Virus genome (UHGV): UHGV-0104313
Source of the DNA: a virus
Length of the DNA stretch: 64,000 bases
Reading direction: 5' to 3' (one strand)
The notes under the pieces were generated by a model. It made no database searches. It was not told the DNA's origin and saw only the letters and a list, made by a program, of their open reading frames with translations. Shown piece by piece: positions 1-10,320 of the stretch (the stretch's first letter is position 1; each line of letters opens with the position of its first letter). The position numbers were made by a program, and so were the translations under genes.

Positions 1-1228
1 TTACGGCCTCTGCGGCTTGAACGTTGGCATAAGCACGTTTATCAAAGTACAGGCTCTTATCTTCACGGCTATGCATCTTTTTACCCCAGCGTATACGCTG
101 TACGGTAATACCATAATACTCGTACATCAGATCCGCCGTTGCTTTACCCAGGCCATCGCCGTCTATCGCTATGGTGATATTTGGGAATCGCTCAGGATTA
201 CATTCTGCGAAAATTTTGGCGGCAAGCTGCGTTTCTGTAACGTCTGTGTATTCCAGCATTCGATAGTTGATTACACGGCGTTTATTTCGCTGGCCGGACA
301 CCATCATGATATTGATAACGGACTTATCCCGTCCCGTACCACCAGCAACGTCCACACATGCAAGCCAGCCCCATCCTTTTGCAATCTTGACTTTCCGCCG
401 CGTTGCACGTTCAACCTCATCACGTCCAAGAAGGAAGCCATCCTGTGATTTAGGGAATAGGCCGCGTACCTTAATCATGTACATAGGGTTATCACGCCCG
501 CCGTACTCCGCCAGCTTCATTTTGATAAATGCTGGCGTTACCAACGGTGATTCCTCACTGTTAAGCGTGATCGCCGTATAAACGCCATCAGGGTTACCAG
601 GACGCTTGGCCAGTTTATGGTGTGTATCGTAGAAATAGCCGCTTGGGCGTGTAGGCTGTGACAGCAATAAGATGCGGTTATCCTGTCCGGTAAGAGCACC
701 GGTGATGATACCGAAAGCTCTATCACTGACACCGGAGGCTTCATCGATAATATACAGAAGATGATCTGCGTGTTCACCGGCGAGAGCTTCTTCACTTCCC
801 AGACGAAAGCCCTTCGGTACTACAGTCCATACACCTTTACCAGTAATCTCATAGAAAGCGGTTTCTGTCAGAACAAAATAATCAGCAAGCCATGGGAAAC
901 GGCTGGTGGCAGTAGCCCAGTTTATCTTGATGTACTTGAATATACCGGTCATTACCTGCTGAATTTTGTTCGCAACGATAATGGCACGGGCACCTGGATA
1001 CATGATTATGAACAACATGATCATGATAGAAGTCATGTCTGATTTCCCGGTACCGTGACCAGACGAAACAGATGTCTTGCTACCCTGTTCCTGCACAGAC
1101 TCAATAATCAGATCCTGCTGCCAGGTAGGTGTTTTGCCGAACAAAACATCAGCGGCCGCAATCCAGTCATAACGATATAGCGCCACCAGCTCGCGCCAAC
1201 GTGGATCCGTTACGCAACTTCTGGCCAT
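1..1228 (-). CDS. pacB: terminase large subunit (PacB-like), C-terminus cut by window edge
   Basis: Uninterrupted minus-strand frame from ATG at ~1226-1228 to position 1 (absent from ORF track because no in-window stop); N-terminus [22 protein letters not shown], Walker-A-like SGHGTGKS; start overlaps upstream stop (TAATG). Confidence 0.7.
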   Translation of the reverse strand, partial: MARSCVTDPRWRELVALYRYDWIAAADVLFGKTPTWQQDLIIESVQEQGSKTSVSSGHGTGKSDMTSIMIMLFIIMYPGARAIIVANKIQQVMTGIFKYIKINWATATSRFPWLADYFVLTETAFYEITGKGVWTVVPKGFRLGSEEALAGEHADHLLYIIDEASGVSDRAFGIITGALTGQDNRILLLSQPTRPSGYFYDTHHKLAKRPGNPDGVYTAITLNSEESPLVTPAFIKMKLAEYGGRDNPMYMIKVRGLFPKSQDGFLLGRDEVERATRRKVKIAKGWGWLACVDVAGGTGRDKSVINIMMVSGQRNKRRVINYRMLEYTDVTETQLAAKIFAECNPERFPNITIAIDGDGLGKATADLMYEYYGITVQRIRWGKKMHSREDKSLYFDKRAYANVQAAEAV

Positions 1229-2421
1229 TAATCATCATCCCCGTATAGCTTGCGGGTAACTTCTTCGTCTTCCTCCTCGTCTTCGTCCAGGTCTTGTTCC
1301 AGCCATGGGTCGTTTGATACACCTTCAGTATCAACATCTCCATAACCGCCTGTATCAACGATATCGGCGATTTCTTCCCTACGCTGCTCAATCCACAATG
1401 CGGCATCGGCGCGGCGGTTGGCGGCCCGTTCTCGCGCAACTTTGTCCAGATCTTCAAGAGAAGGGCCACCGACGGCTGTTTGCCTTTCCTCATCATCGGT
1501 ATTGGTCTTAGGAGCACGCAGATCGGCTTTGATTTGCTCCAGCATCAGGGGCGGCACTTTCCCGCCATGCGCCTCGATGAATTCAGCTGCTTCCAGCACT
1601 GACCAGTTATTTTCACGCTTTCGTTCGTATGCCAGCTTAACAATGCCAGCTTGCCCCATAGACAAAGCGTGCTTTTCCGCCTCCCGGCTTTCTTTTCGAT
1701 AGTTATTCCGGATGCTGTAAATGGTGTTGATCAGGCTGCTTATCTGCGCGGAACAGCTGTTTAGCATGCTCGCGATACGGTATTCAGGCGGAGTACCTTC
1801 ATCATCGTCTTTTTGCTGATCGCGCATTTCCTGCACCAGGCGAATACACGTATCCCTGGCGTTCTCCAGCATAAGGAGATGAGAAAGAGACTTTTCCAGA
1901 AGAGTGGTTTCCAGAACATCGGCCCCGGACCGACGCAACATAGCGCGCGCGGCCTTCCGCGCTTCAACGTTATCTATCAGGTAATCGCCAGCTTCGAATT
2001 CAAAGCGTTCACCATCATCATCCAGGGTGTCGCGTTCCAGGCGATCACGTAAGGTCCGGTGGGCGCGGGTGATCACGTCATGATCATCTGAACGATCATT
2101 TATGCGCTTATTTTGGCGCTTCGCATTCTCGACTGCGGCACTGACAACGGCATTAACTCTTTGTTTTTCCGCTATTTCAGCCGAAATGTGATCACCTGCA
2201 TGTTGATCATTAGAGTGATCAATGATCATGCTTTTTAGTGGCTTCCTGACTGGCTTATTTGACTTGCGGCTGTCCGTAGTCCTGGTGTCTTCTTTGAAGG
2301 CACGGAGATAACGACGTGCGGTATTAGGGTTAAGATTAAACTCGGCGGCATACTGTGCGATGGTGTAACCACCATCTCGCGCCAGGCGAGCAAAATTCTT
2401 CTTGTGATCGTCCCAGGTCAC
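1228..2421 (-). CDS. pacA: terminase small subunit / pac-recognition protein (PacA-like), 397 aa, GTG start
   Basis: ORF track 1228..2421; directly upstream of and translationally coupled to the large terminase; carries the clustered TGATCA hexamers internally. Confidence 0.7.
   Translation of the reverse strand: MTWDDHKKNFARLARDGGYTIAQYAAEFNLNPNTARRYLRAFKEDTRTTDSRKSNKPVRKPLKSMIIDHSNDQHAGDHISAEIAEKQRVNAVVSAAVENAKRQNKRINDRSDDHDVITRAHRTLRDRLERDTLDDDGERFEFEAGDYLIDNVEARKAARAMLRRSGADVLETTLLEKSLSHLLMLENARDTCIRLVQEMRDQQKDDDEGTPPEYRIASMLNSCSAQISSLINTIYSIRNNYRKESREAEKHALSMGQAGIVKLAYERKRENNWSVLEAAEFIEAHGGKVPPLMLEQIKADLRAPKTNTDDEERQTAVGGPSLEDLDKVARERAANRRADAALWIEQRREEIADIVDTGGYGDVDTEGVSNDPWLEQDLDEDEEEDEEVTRKLYGDDD
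2040..2230. other. pac-like packaging site: two clusters of TGATCA/GATCA hexamers (about 8 copies, each containing a Dam GATC)
   Basis: Hexamers seen at ~2043, 2070, 2081, 2094 and ~2189, 2204, 2216, 2224 inside pacA; matches the known P1 pac architecture. Confidence 0.6.
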
Positions 2422-2506
2422 TTATGCTTCCTTTCGTAAAAACTCTTTTTGACGCGAGGGTAACGAAAGTCACATGTCAAAAGGCCCGGAACGGGCAAGC
2501 AATCAA

Positions 2507-2959
2507 TCAGATACGTGCGGATGTGGCATTACCGTAATGACGGTGCTGACGGGCCACCTTATTGAAAAGTTGACGCGCCATTACCCAAGGCTGGTGCTCC
2601 CGGCGTTCCTTTTCGTCCTGCGTCATATAGAGTTCGTTCTGGAGTTTTTCATCAAACCGGCGCGGAGCGCGGCTACGGCGAAAGAATTCAGGATTCAGAG
2701 AGTGGATCTGAAATCTACGTGGGCGTGTACTGTCATCTATCAAAACAGACGAATACTTAGACACAGCGATAGCCTTTAAGCGCAGATAAACATCGCGCTT
2801 ATCGACATCCAGATGCGGGTATTCCTTTTCAAGAATTGCTGCGAGTTCTTTCGCTGATAGAAGAGATTTAGTGCGGATCATGTAATCCGCAATCTCGTAC
2901 GATGTTATTCGTGAGTGATTTATTTCCATGAAGTGGCGTCCCTGCCAGTTAAGTAACAT
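2507..2959 (-). CDS. hypothetical 150-aa protein; candidate late-gene activator (Lpa-like) by position and size
   Basis: ORF track; sits between pacA and the pdc/doc block and is preceded by an operator-like 17-mer; function assigned by synteny only. Confidence 0.4.
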   Translation of the reverse strand: MLLNWQGRHFMEINHSRITSYEIADYMIRTKSLLSAKELAAILEKEYPHLDVDKRDVYLRLKAIAVSKYSSVLIDDSTRPRRFQIHSLNPEFFRRSRAPRRFDEKLQNELYMTQDEKERREHQPWVMARQLFNKVARQHRHYGNATSARI

Positions 2960-3029
2960 CCTGTCACCTACTGATTAGCCCATGTCAACTAATCAACGTG
3001 GAATATAATACCCTCGATTAAAGAAATAG

Positions 3030-3046
3030 CAATACATTAGAGCAAT
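3030..3046 (-). promoter_or_regulatory. C1-type operator-like site (ATTGCTCTAATGTATTG on minus strand)
   Basis: 14-15/17 match to the ATTGCTCTAATAAATTT family; intergenic, ~75 bp upstream of the 150-aa gene; nearby TTGACA-like hexamer. Confidence 0.5.
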
Positions 3047-3047
3047 T

Positions 3048-4091
3048 TTATCTAACACTCGACGAATGACTTGTGATAACGCCCACTCCAAGCGCGTAAT
3101 CAAAGAACAATCGTTGATGCATCGCCAACCTACCGTGCGTCTTCTCCCAATTATCGCGGTCACGCTCAATATCACGCTGGCATGACTGGCACAGAGGAAT
3201 TGCGTAAATGTCATGCGCGCATAATCGACTATGACGAACGATATAAGGCGTAATGTGAGCGCCAGCTCCCGCAGCTCCACACCCACAGCACGGACGGGAA
3301 GCAACAAAGTCCATGTACTCAGGTAATTTTAGCGATCGCAGTTTTGGTATTTTGAAATGCGCCATGCCAGGGTCGGAGTCAACATCCACAGGGCATACTT
3401 TTGCACGCATCGGCGCGGCGCGTTCTTCCATCATCTGAACATATGCTGTAGCGCGATCGTCATACGGGCGAATATCCGCCTCTTTCAGAGGTCCGCTATC
3501 CTGCGGAGTAGCCTTCATCTTATTTATTGATATGCGGCAGACTTCTTCCGGCATCAGGTGCATCATGTTGCGCATGAAAGCCCACCAGCACAGCTCCTGA
3601 ATACTTAAATCATGGCTATTTGAAAGGCCCATTTCCTGACGGGCGACATCCAGTATCCAGTTAACGCGATTATTGTGCAGCGTTTCTTTCAGCTCATTAA
3701 AACCACGCATCCGGTAATGGTTATCGTGATGCCAGCACAACAACACCGCGCTATTGTCTCGTTCAGCGTGGACAATATGATTGTCACACCAACTACGATC
3801 TGCGGCCTGGCATTGACCCTCTTTCCTACGCAACCACGCCACCAGCGCGTCAATTCCGCCAATACGGCGAAACAGTTCATCGCTGTTAAAAAACGGCTGC
3901 AACGCCTCATTTGTTGCCATGGTTTGCTCGGTAACAACGAGGCCGTCTTCCATGTGCTCGATTAACTCACGCGGCACCGGCTCCATAATAAATTTACGGC
4001 CAGCCTCCACCAGCTTTCTGACCTCCTGATCCACTTTGAACGTGGCGAGGCCAAGCTCTTTCTGTACAAAGGGAGTAATTACGGCTTTCAC
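3048..4091 (-). CDS. hypothetical protein, 347 aa, C-terminal Cys-rich cluster (CCGCG...C-x2-C), possible Zn-binding/HNH-like
   Basis: ORF track; long ORF with GTG start; Cys/His cluster near C-terminus. Confidence 0.5.
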   Translation of the reverse strand: MKAVITPFVQKELGLATFKVDQEVRKLVEAGRKFIMEPVPRELIEHMEDGLVVTEQTMATNEALQPFFNSDELFRRIGGIDALVAWLRRKEGQCQAADRSWCDNHIVHAERDNSAVLLCWHHDNHYRMRGFNELKETLHNNRVNWILDVARQEMGLSNSHDLSIQELCWWAFMRNMMHLMPEEVCRISINKMKATPQDSGPLKEADIRPYDDRATAYVQMMEERAAPMRAKVCPVDVDSDPGMAHFKIPKLRSLKLPEYMDFVASRPCCGCGAAGAGAHITPYIVRHSRLCAHDIYAIPLCQSCQRDIERDRDNWEKTHGRLAMHQRLFFDYALGVGVITSHSSSVR

Positions 4092-4118
4092 ATCACACCT
4101 TTCATCACTGATTGGGCT

Positions 4119-4298
4119 TTATCTGCTGCCCGGCATTCTCTGTTTAAGCACAACCATTTCCTGACGGCATAACACAGCAATAGCGGTCCTGACTCCAATT
4201 TGCTTACCAACCAGGTATTGCTTTACCTTGCGGCGACTCACGCCATCAAGAAGCATCTTTAACGCTTCACGGGACAATTTGTTGTATTTGCGTGCCAT
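4119..4298 (-). CDS. small basic protein (~59 aa from ATG MARKYNKL), possible HTH
   Basis: ORF track 4119..4319 trimmed to first ATG; basic, helix-turn-helix-like segment. Confidence 0.3.
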   Translation of the reverse strand: MARKYNKLSREALKMLLDGVSRRKVKQYLVGKQIGVRTAIAVLCRQEMVVLKQRMPGSR

Positions 4299-4302
4299 TA
4301 AT

Positions 4303-4578
4303 CTACTCCGCAGAACCATACAATCTACGTAGCGTGGTAGCAGTAGATGCAGATATCGCCCTTAAAACCTCCTCCTTACTTACATCACTGCGGGAGAGGA
4401 TTTCAGAAGGCGATATTTCCTTTAACGACTTTTGCTTCTCTTTGCAGTTCTCGACCAGTTCCGCAGGAATAACAAACCTGCTATCAATCGGCACAAGTTC
4501 ATCAAGCGTTTGTTTGGGTACGTTAAACGTAGGATTCTTGAACACCGCAGATTCGGTTCTTAAGTTAATTTTCGACAT
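4303..4578 (-). CDS. hypothetical 91-aa protein downstream of doc
   Basis: ORF track; compact spacing inside the doc-proximal operon. Confidence 0.4.
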   Translation of the reverse strand: MSKINLRTESAVFKNPTFNVPKQTLDELVPIDSRFVIPAELVENCKEKQKSLKEISPSEILSRSDVSKEEVLRAISASTATTLRRLYGSAE

Positions 4579-4597
4579 TGTTTCGTAACTCCACTAC

Positions 4598-4978
4598 TCA
4601 AGTCTTGGAACCATATAGTTCACGTAGCTTTTCTGCTACTGAAGATACGGCGATTTCACCAGTCGCAGCGCCTACAGTAAGGTCTGCCAGTTCAGGTGAA
4701 TCAAATACCTGCACCCCGTTACGGCGTAGAAATAGCAGCGCACTGTTTAGCGCGGTACGCTTATTGGCATCATTGAATATATGCCCTCTCGCCGTAGCCA
4801 CCAGGTAGGTGGCGGAGACTTCGAAAAGGTCGGTGATCTCTTCGTAGGCAACTCTGGCCTGAACTCTCCCGATAATGGCCTCTGCCCTACCCGGATCTGA
4901 CATTCCCGGCAGGCCGCCGTAGCGGCTTATATTCGCATCATGAAGCGCAATAAGTTCTTCCGGTGATATATGCCTCAT
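4598..4978 (-). CDS. doc: Doc toxin (Fic/Doc family), 126 aa
   Basis: Translation [22 protein letters not shown]...[11 protein letters not shown] recognised as Doc; start overlaps phd stop. Confidence 0.9.
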
Positions 4979-5199
4979 TATCGGTTAACCAGTTCCTTGT
5001 TGGTGGAGTCCAGGGTGTCAAACAGGGATGCAAATTCAGCATCCAGCGCCGCTTTTTTGTAGGCTTCGAAAGTAGCCTTGCTGACAATTACTGCTGGCTC
5101 ACGGCCTCTGCGGGTGATTTCAACCTCTTCCCCGGCTTCAACATTGTTGAGCACTTCAGAAAGGTTGCCACGCGCGGTACGGAAGTTAATGGATTGCAT
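4978..5199 (-). CDS. phd: Phd antitoxin, 73 aa from second Met
   Basis: Translation [40 protein letters not shown] recognised as Phd; ORF track start trimmed to the conserved Met. Confidence 0.9.
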
Positions 5200-5271
5200 A
5201 AACACCTCGTGTACTCGTTATGTGTACACAATTATAAACTTCACAGGCATAAAGCACCAGCACTTTGCAGC

Positions 5272-5661
5272 TTAAATAACCGGACAATCATCAAATTCCC
5301 CACTTCGGGCATCATTGATGACATGAGTGATCACACCAAAAACAGCATTACTGCCCGTGTATCCATCGTCATCTACTGGTAACGCCTCTTTCTTCCCGGT
5401 GCTTAAGTCCTCCAGGTGCTGGCGCGGATACTTCCTGTATCTCTTTATGCGATATTCACCCTCCATAGCGCACACAAGCAGAGAACCATCAACCGGAGTA
5501 AGCGAGGAATCAACCACCAGCAAAGCACCCTGCAATATTCCCTCACGGTGATGGCTATCAGCTGCCCGCATGAAGTAGGTCGCTGAAGGATGTCTAATTA
5601 TCTGCTGATCAAGAGAAATTCGGCTTTCAACATAATCCGCCGCAGGAGAAGGGAAGCCCAT
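5272..5661 (-). CDS. humD: UmuD'-like S24 peptidase-fold protein (HumD-like), 129 aa
   Basis: MGFPSPAADYVE...HPSATYF...DS...IKRY aligns to E. coli UmuD from Gly25 onward; Ser/Lys dyad positions retained; no umuC partner adjacent. Confidence 0.85.
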   Translation of the reverse strand: MGFPSPAADYVESRISLDQQIIRHPSATYFMRAADSHHREGILQGALLVVDSSLTPVDGSLLVCAMEGEYRIKRYRKYPRQHLEDLSTGKKEALPVDDDGYTGSNAVFGVITHVINDARSGEFDDCPVI

Positions 5662-5679
5662 AGCGTTTTACCTCAATAA

Positions 5680-5699
5680 TACTGTTTATTCATACAGTA
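5680..5699. promoter_or_regulatory. LexA (SOS) box TACTGTATGAATAAACAGTA
   Basis: Perfect CTGT-N8-ACAG palindrome ~19 bp upstream of the humD start. Confidence 0.7.
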
Positions 5700-5784
5700 T
5701 ACATTGAAAAGGCATAGTTTGTGAAAGCGGGGTTTGTAGGCGCGCCACGCTGGGGGCTAATCACATTTCTCCCCCATCTTGCCG

Positions 5785-6036
5785 TTATTTTTTTGGTGCA
5801 TCCTCGTTCTGATACACCGGATCGCTCCCTTTTGGCAACTGGAGGCTTAACTGCCGATAGTGCCGTAACCGTTCCATGAAATAGGTGCGCAGATTCTCTG
5901 GTTGCTCGCGGGCTACCTGTTCAGCTATGACAGGTATGTTCAATCGCTCTTTGTACGCCACACCGCTGGCAGCCAGATCAACGTTAACCTTATCCCGTTC
6001 TTCCTGACTTTTAGCTGCAATATTCCAATCGTGCAT
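5785..6036 (-). CDS. hot: DNA polymerase III theta-subunit (HolE) homolog, ~83 aa
   Basis: [43 protein letters not shown] aligns to E. coli HolE; start trimmed to MHDW. Confidence 0.7.
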   Translation of the reverse strand: MHDWNIAAKSQEERDKVNVDLAASGVAYKERLNIPVIAEQVAREQPENLRTYFMERLRHYRQLSLQLPKGSDPVYQNEDAPKK

Positions 6037-6485
6037 ATCAAATCCCATCCAGAACAATTGCGTAACGACTATTATTTAACCAGCAAAGTAACTTTTAATT
6101 TTTTTTCTTTTCCCATTGATTTTTGTGCACAGCTTATCTGCCTTGCCGTGCGCAGAATCAACTTTTTTCTTCCTGATTTATCCACAAAGTTATGCACTTG
6201 CAAGAGGGCCATTTTCTAAATATTGTGATGTTTCACAAATGAAATGAATTTTGATTAATGAAGATAAGGAGAAAATTTGAGATGCAATCATGACGTTAAT
6301 AGATAGGGTCTGCATTACAGACCCCATCCGCATCAAGGAATTAGCCGTTCCCTGATGTTGTTCCGAAAACATGTGCCGTAAGCTCACGTTAACGACTTTC
6401 TTTCACCGAATCCAACTATATAGGGGTTGGGTTTCTACGTCAACGTGAGCAAGTGCTCCTTTACATTTGACAAGGAACCACCTTA

Positions 6486-6623
6486 ATGACTGCTTTTTTT
6501 CAGTTCCTGAGTGCATTTTTAGATGCGCCTGTTATTAGCCAGATTCTGGCGATCATCCTCATCATCGTTTTGATTTTGCTTTTAAGGTCAGTAAAAAATG
6601 GAATTATGCACTGGCTTACTTAA
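6486..6623 (+). CDS. small hydrophobic peptide (45 aa), one predicted TM helix
   Basis: ATG..TAA ORF MTAFFQFLSAFLDAPVISQILAIILIIVLILLLRSVKNGIMHWLT in an AT-rich intergenic stretch, opposite strand to neighbours; below ORF-track size cutoff. Confidence 0.25.
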   Translation: MTAFFQFLSAFLDAPVISQILAIILIIVLILLLRSVKNGIMHWLT

Positions 6624-6697
6624 TGTTCAGTGAAACATTAAAATCTCCTTGATGTGGAAACAATCATTTTCTGTATGTGCTGGTGGGTACCTGTAGT

Positions 6698-7060
6698 TCA
6701 GCTTTCGTTGGCATTTAACTTCGTCTTTGCTTTCTCCACCAGCAACTTCCAGATGCCTATTTCATTAGCAGCCGCCTTGATGGCGGCATAAAAAGCATCT
6801 TGCTGATCGTAACGCTGAATCTGTTTTTTCAGTTTTGCCTCCACCAATTTAATTTCATTACGTGCTTTCTGAAGCCGCAGCGCCGCCCGGTTACGTCTGT
6901 TCTTGTATAGCGCGTTAATCTCTGATAATTGCTTTAATTTACCAGCCTGACTGCGGATTATCGCCTCTCTGACTTCTGCCGTGCGTCTCATCTGATCTCT
7001 TAAGAGTTCACCGTTTTCGATAATTCTTTCAAGGTGTTTGATGTGATCTGCAACTCTCAT
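6698..7060 (-). CDS. hypothetical coiled-coil protein, 120 aa
   Basis: ORF track; heptad-rich K/E/R sequence; coupled to the upstream gene. Confidence 0.4.
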   Translation of the reverse strand: MRVADHIKHLERIIENGELLRDQMRRTAEVREAIIRSQAGKLKQLSEINALYKNRRNRAALRLQKARNEIKLVEAKLKKQIQRYDQQDAFYAAIKAAANEIGIWKLLVEKAKTKLNANES

Positions 7061-7989
7061 ACTTCACCCTCGCTTGTATCGCCAGCATCCACCAGCGGCA
7101 ATAAAGCCCTGGCCATCTTATGAACCAATAGTGCATCAATAATGCCAAGCGTATGCCCCGGCTTAATGTTTAATGCCGCCTCAAGGTGACACCTTTCCAG
7201 GCCACTTTTCTCGGCTTGTTTATGATGATCTGGTGTAATAACGTCGCCCAAAACACGGCTAATTCTTTCTCGTAATTGCTGGGTGCCAGCACACTTGATC
7301 GCTGTATCGTGGAGACGGTTAACCAGTTCGCGATAAACATGCGGCTTAATTCGGATACGTTCACCGGTGACGCCCTTTCCTGGTGCTGGCACCGAACTAT
7401 CCGGAATATCCGGATAGTTGCCAGCCTCGTAAGCTACCCGCAGCCAGTGCATGAATGTTTCAGTGGACACACAACCACAGTCCACATCGATTTTCCCGCG
7501 TTGCTGTTCCAGCCATTGCCCAAAATCCAACCTGTAAGTCTTACTTTCAAGTTCATCACCATTGAACTCGACTTTCTGCGACGCTATGAGAGCTGATTCG
7601 TATTGTTCGCGAGTGACAACTGACTGGTATTCATCGCTATCAAGGTCACCAATTGGAAGCTCAATCTCACAACAAAAATTGCGCCCAAAGAAAGTGTCTT
7701 TTTTGTGGTCTGAGCCAAAAGCAAAAGTCGCGCATGGTGCCATTAAATTGACACTGGGTAGGTAACAATAACTCATTCCATCAGGCCACCCGCCGCACTT
7801 AGGCAGTTCCTTCACTAACAAGTCGATAAACTTCATTTTTTTATCATCTTTGCAAGCCGCCAAAGCCATTTGGGCAAGTGCCAATACTTCATCTGCCGTA
7901 TATCCAGCACCGTGACCATACATTTCGATACGGGAAATAATCTCTGATATACGCTCTTCAGTGATTCTGGTCATTTCTTTTTGCGCCAT
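7057..7989 (-). CDS. hypothetical protein, 310 aa
   Basis: ORF track; long ORF with 4-bp overlap to neighbour. Confidence 0.5.
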   Translation of the reverse strand: MAQKEMTRITEERISEIISRIEMYGHGAGYTADEVLALAQMALAACKDDKKMKFIDLLVKELPKCGGWPDGMSYCYLPSVNLMAPCATFAFGSDHKKDTFFGRNFCCEIELPIGDLDSDEYQSVVTREQYESALIASQKVEFNGDELESKTYRLDFGQWLEQQRGKIDVDCGCVSTETFMHWLRVAYEAGNYPDIPDSSVPAPGKGVTGERIRIKPHVYRELVNRLHDTAIKCAGTQQLRERISRVLGDVITPDHHKQAEKSGLERCHLEAALNIKPGHTLGIIDALLVHKMARALLPLVDAGDTSEGEV

Positions 7990-8345
7990 TTCTTTTCACA
8001 TTCCTTAGTCCATTTTTCAATGTTCATTTTGGCAATATCAGTCATTCCATCACCTAAGAAATACTTTCTCCGGTACGTCTTGCACTTAAACCACACTACA
8101 ACAGCCACCAGCCAGAAAATAAAAGGCCATACAGCAATACCAACTCCAGCCGCGATAAAGCCCAATAGCCATAAATGAAGCTCTCCAACTTCTGTTTGCG
8201 GCAATATTCTTAAAGAATTAAGCAGCAGACTGAAGGAATAGTCGTATGCATTGGCGGTATAAGACATGCAATCCATATAATTAAAGTCATAGCCTGCGGC
8301 TGCCGCCCATAATGGGCGGTCAAGAAAATGTTTTAGTGTCATCAT
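7971..8345 (-). CDS. hypothetical membrane protein, 124 aa (two hydrophobic helices, basic C-terminus)
   Basis: ORF track; LWLLGFIAAGVGIAVWPFIFWLVAVVVWF hydrophobic segment. Confidence 0.45.
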   Translation of the reverse strand: MMTLKHFLDRPLWAAAAGYDFNYMDCMSYTANAYDYSFSLLLNSLRILPQTEVGELHLWLLGFIAAGVGIAVWPFIFWLVAVVVWFKCKTYRRKYFLGDGMTDIAKMNIEKWTKECEKKWRKKK

Positions 8346-8351
8346 ATAAAT

Positions 8352-8645
8352 TTAAGGTTCAGACCAGTTATCTTCAATAGCAATGCTTAATCTTTGTAGC
8401 CATTCTGCTAATTTCAGCATTGCTTCTCTTTCGCTTAAACCACGAGGAAAATCATCAAGCGAAATTGTTGGCTTGAAGCCCCCGTAATTATCTATTTCAA
8501 CAGTCAGATTTTGCTCCAGCACGGTATTCCTTACGCGGCTATTGTGCCGAAGCAAATATACTGAACGTGATTTATTGGTTTTATGGTCAAACTGATATTC
8601 GGTAAGTATCATCTGGCTTTTGCCATGACTATTACCTCTCCACAT
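8352..8645 (-). CDS. hypothetical protein (~97 aa from MWRGNSHG)
   Basis: ORF track 8352..8741 trimmed to internal ATG that has a GAGG RBS and is coupled to the upstream small ORF. Confidence 0.35.
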   Translation of the reverse strand: MWRGNSHGKSQMILTEYQFDHKTNKSRSVYLLRHNSRVRNTVLEQNLTVEIDNYGGFKPTISLDDFPRGLSEREAMLKLAEWLQRLSIAIEDNWSEP

Positions 8646-8652
8646 ACTTACC

Positions 8653-8775
8653 TCACTTAATAAAACAACTCCATGCGTAGTTGATGATTTTTTCCCACGT
8701 AATATAAATCTGCACTCCGGCAGTAAAACCAAAGCCAACAATTGCTGAAAAAATCAAAACATTTACTTTTGACAT
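8653..8775 (-). CDS. small hydrophobic peptide (40 aa)
   Basis: MSKVNVLIFSAIVGFGFTAGVQIYITWEKIINYAWSCFIK; stop 7 nt before downstream ATG; below ORF-track cutoff. Confidence 0.25.
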   Translation of the reverse strand: MSKVNVLIFSAIVGFGFTAGVQIYITWEKIINYAWSCFIK

Positions 8776-8823
8776 TATAAATTTTCTCTCGGTGTCGTAG
8801 GTGATAGCACCATAATTGATAAT

Positions 8824-9075
8824 TTAGTGAGTTAGCAGTTCCATTTTTTGGATGATTTCCGCATGAGCATCATCGTTATCAACACTTAACTCGTTTAATG
8901 CCTCTCGCACTACATCAACTTCTTCTGGTTGGAAGAAGTCATCTCGGTAGTCACCAAATAGAACCGAAACAAGCCTGCCACCAGCAACATCAAGATTGGC
9001 GCTAACAGGTGGCTCTTTACCATCCTCAAATTCGACTACAAAAGTTATTTTTCCCATCGTTACCACCAGCGACAA
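8824..9075 (-). CDS. hypothetical acidic protein, 83 aa
   Basis: ORF track. Confidence 0.35.
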   Translation of the reverse strand: MSLVVTMGKITFVVEFEDGKEPPVSANLDVAGGRLVSVLFGDYRDDFFQPEEVDVVREALNELSVDNDDAHAEIIQKMELLTH

Positions 9076-9139
9076 ATTGAATACAAACCCAGTGCTGCCG
9101 CCATCACAATTCCTACCGTGGTGAATGCTTCAGGCCAGC

Positions 9140-10045
9140 TCATTGATTCACCTCCTGCGGCGGTTCTGGTAGCGGCATCCAGTGTGACGGTTTCCACGAC
9201 GCACCAGGAATTATCCACCCATCATTAGCGTCAGGATGCCCCGGGATGTAAGTAGCCCATTTCATTCGCCAGTCACCTTTCCTGTCAAACTCCACGGCAA
9301 CAAGAACGGCTGTTTTGGTATTCGGCATTCGCTCACTACAGCTTATCCAACCATCCGGAGTTACCGGAACTTGCGGAATGGCTGTCTGCTCTCGAACGTC
9401 ATTAGGCGCTATAGGTTCTGCTGCCAACTGACTGGCATATTTGTTAATGGTAACGATAAGCTCTTGCTCAGCCTCATCCAGACAATCACCGATACCTCGC
9501 CTGTCACCGTCAAAATCATCGAAATCGGCACGAATCTTGGCAACCTTCAGGATTGCGGACAACACCTCACTAGGAATTACCGGATAGTTGGTTGACGTTT
9601 CCGCGATTTCCCGAAAATTATTGGTTGACGAATTCTTGTTTTCCCGAAAGTTTCCGGACTGAAGCATGGCGGCGCGGCAGGCGTTCCAGCCAGCTGTTCG
9701 CCCAAGCGCGTAAACTTCAGATGGCTCAAGATAATCAATGTCATGCCCGTCCTCATCGTCGTTCTCAGGTAATGCAGCAGGTACTACCGGTACTGGCGGA
9801 GCGGTGTAGACCTCAATAATCCCATTATCAATAGGCCATTCTCCATCCTTGAGATAGTCACTTGTGCCGTCAACTTGCTGTTCAGCAATGTGGAATGCAC
9901 CAACTGGCTCTGCCTCAAGCGAGGCCAGTGCAATTCGTGCCAGTTCTTCCGCTTCTTCTGCTGGCAGTACAACGTTGCTACCAGGTCCGTATGTTTCGCG
10001 CCACTGCCTGATTGTCAGCAGTCGCTCTTTGGTAATAGTGGTCAT
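9140..10045 (-). CDS. hypothetical protein with DUF551-like C-terminal domain, 301 aa
   Basis: C-terminal WISCSERMP...HWMPLPEPP resembles the DUF551 domain common in enterobacterial prophage accessory proteins. Confidence 0.5.
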   Translation of the reverse strand: MTTITKERLLTIRQWRETYGPGSNVVLPAEEAEELARIALASLEAEPVGAFHIAEQQVDGTSDYLKDGEWPIDNGIIEVYTAPPVPVVPAALPENDDEDGHDIDYLEPSEVYALGRTAGWNACRAAMLQSGNFRENKNSSTNNFREIAETSTNYPVIPSEVLSAILKVAKIRADFDDFDGDRRGIGDCLDEAEQELIVTINKYASQLAAEPIAPNDVREQTAIPQVPVTPDGWISCSERMPNTKTAVLVAVEFDRKGDWRMKWATYIPGHPDANDGWIIPGASWKPSHWMPLPEPPQEVNQ

Positions 10046-10055
10046 GTGTTAGTCC

Positions 10056-10319
10056 TTATCCTGCTGTACTTTCAACTGATGAGGGGAATAAAATCTTTTC
10101 ATCAAATCCGGCATTCATATCATGAACAGCAACACACCAATCCATTGACGAACGATTATCAAGAGCCTCCATGATTTCATCCATGCGGCGCAGGTCATAC
10201 AGGTAAATGCTTTTATCGCCAATGGTGTAAAAACCAATTTTTTTCGGTGATGGGCAGCGATCAAGAACGTCCTGTAATTCGCTCAACCATGCTTGTTCTT
10301 TTTTTGTCAAAGTTGCCAT
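10056..10319 (-). CDS. hypothetical protein (~87 aa from MATLTKKEQ)
   Basis: ORF track 10056..10361 trimmed to ATG that abuts the upstream stop. Confidence 0.4.
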   Translation of the reverse strand: MATLTKKEQAWLSELQDVLDRCPSPKKIGFYTIGDKSIYLYDLRRMDEIMEALDNRSSMDWCVAVHDMNAGFDEKILFPSSVESTAG

Positions 10320-10320
10320 A

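Noticed and set aside
17-1042. Plus-strand ORFs 17..448, 267..581, 761..1042 (and minus 538..795)
   Set aside because: They lie antisense or out of frame within the uninterrupted large-terminase frame on the minus strand; no RBS and odd composition.
1167-2052. ORFs 1167..1517 (-), 1305..1511 (+), 1418..1702 (+), 1761..1967 (-), 1813..2052 (+)
   Set aside because: Alternative-frame or antisense ORFs inside pacA; Pro/Arg/Ser-rich translations typical of off-frame reading.
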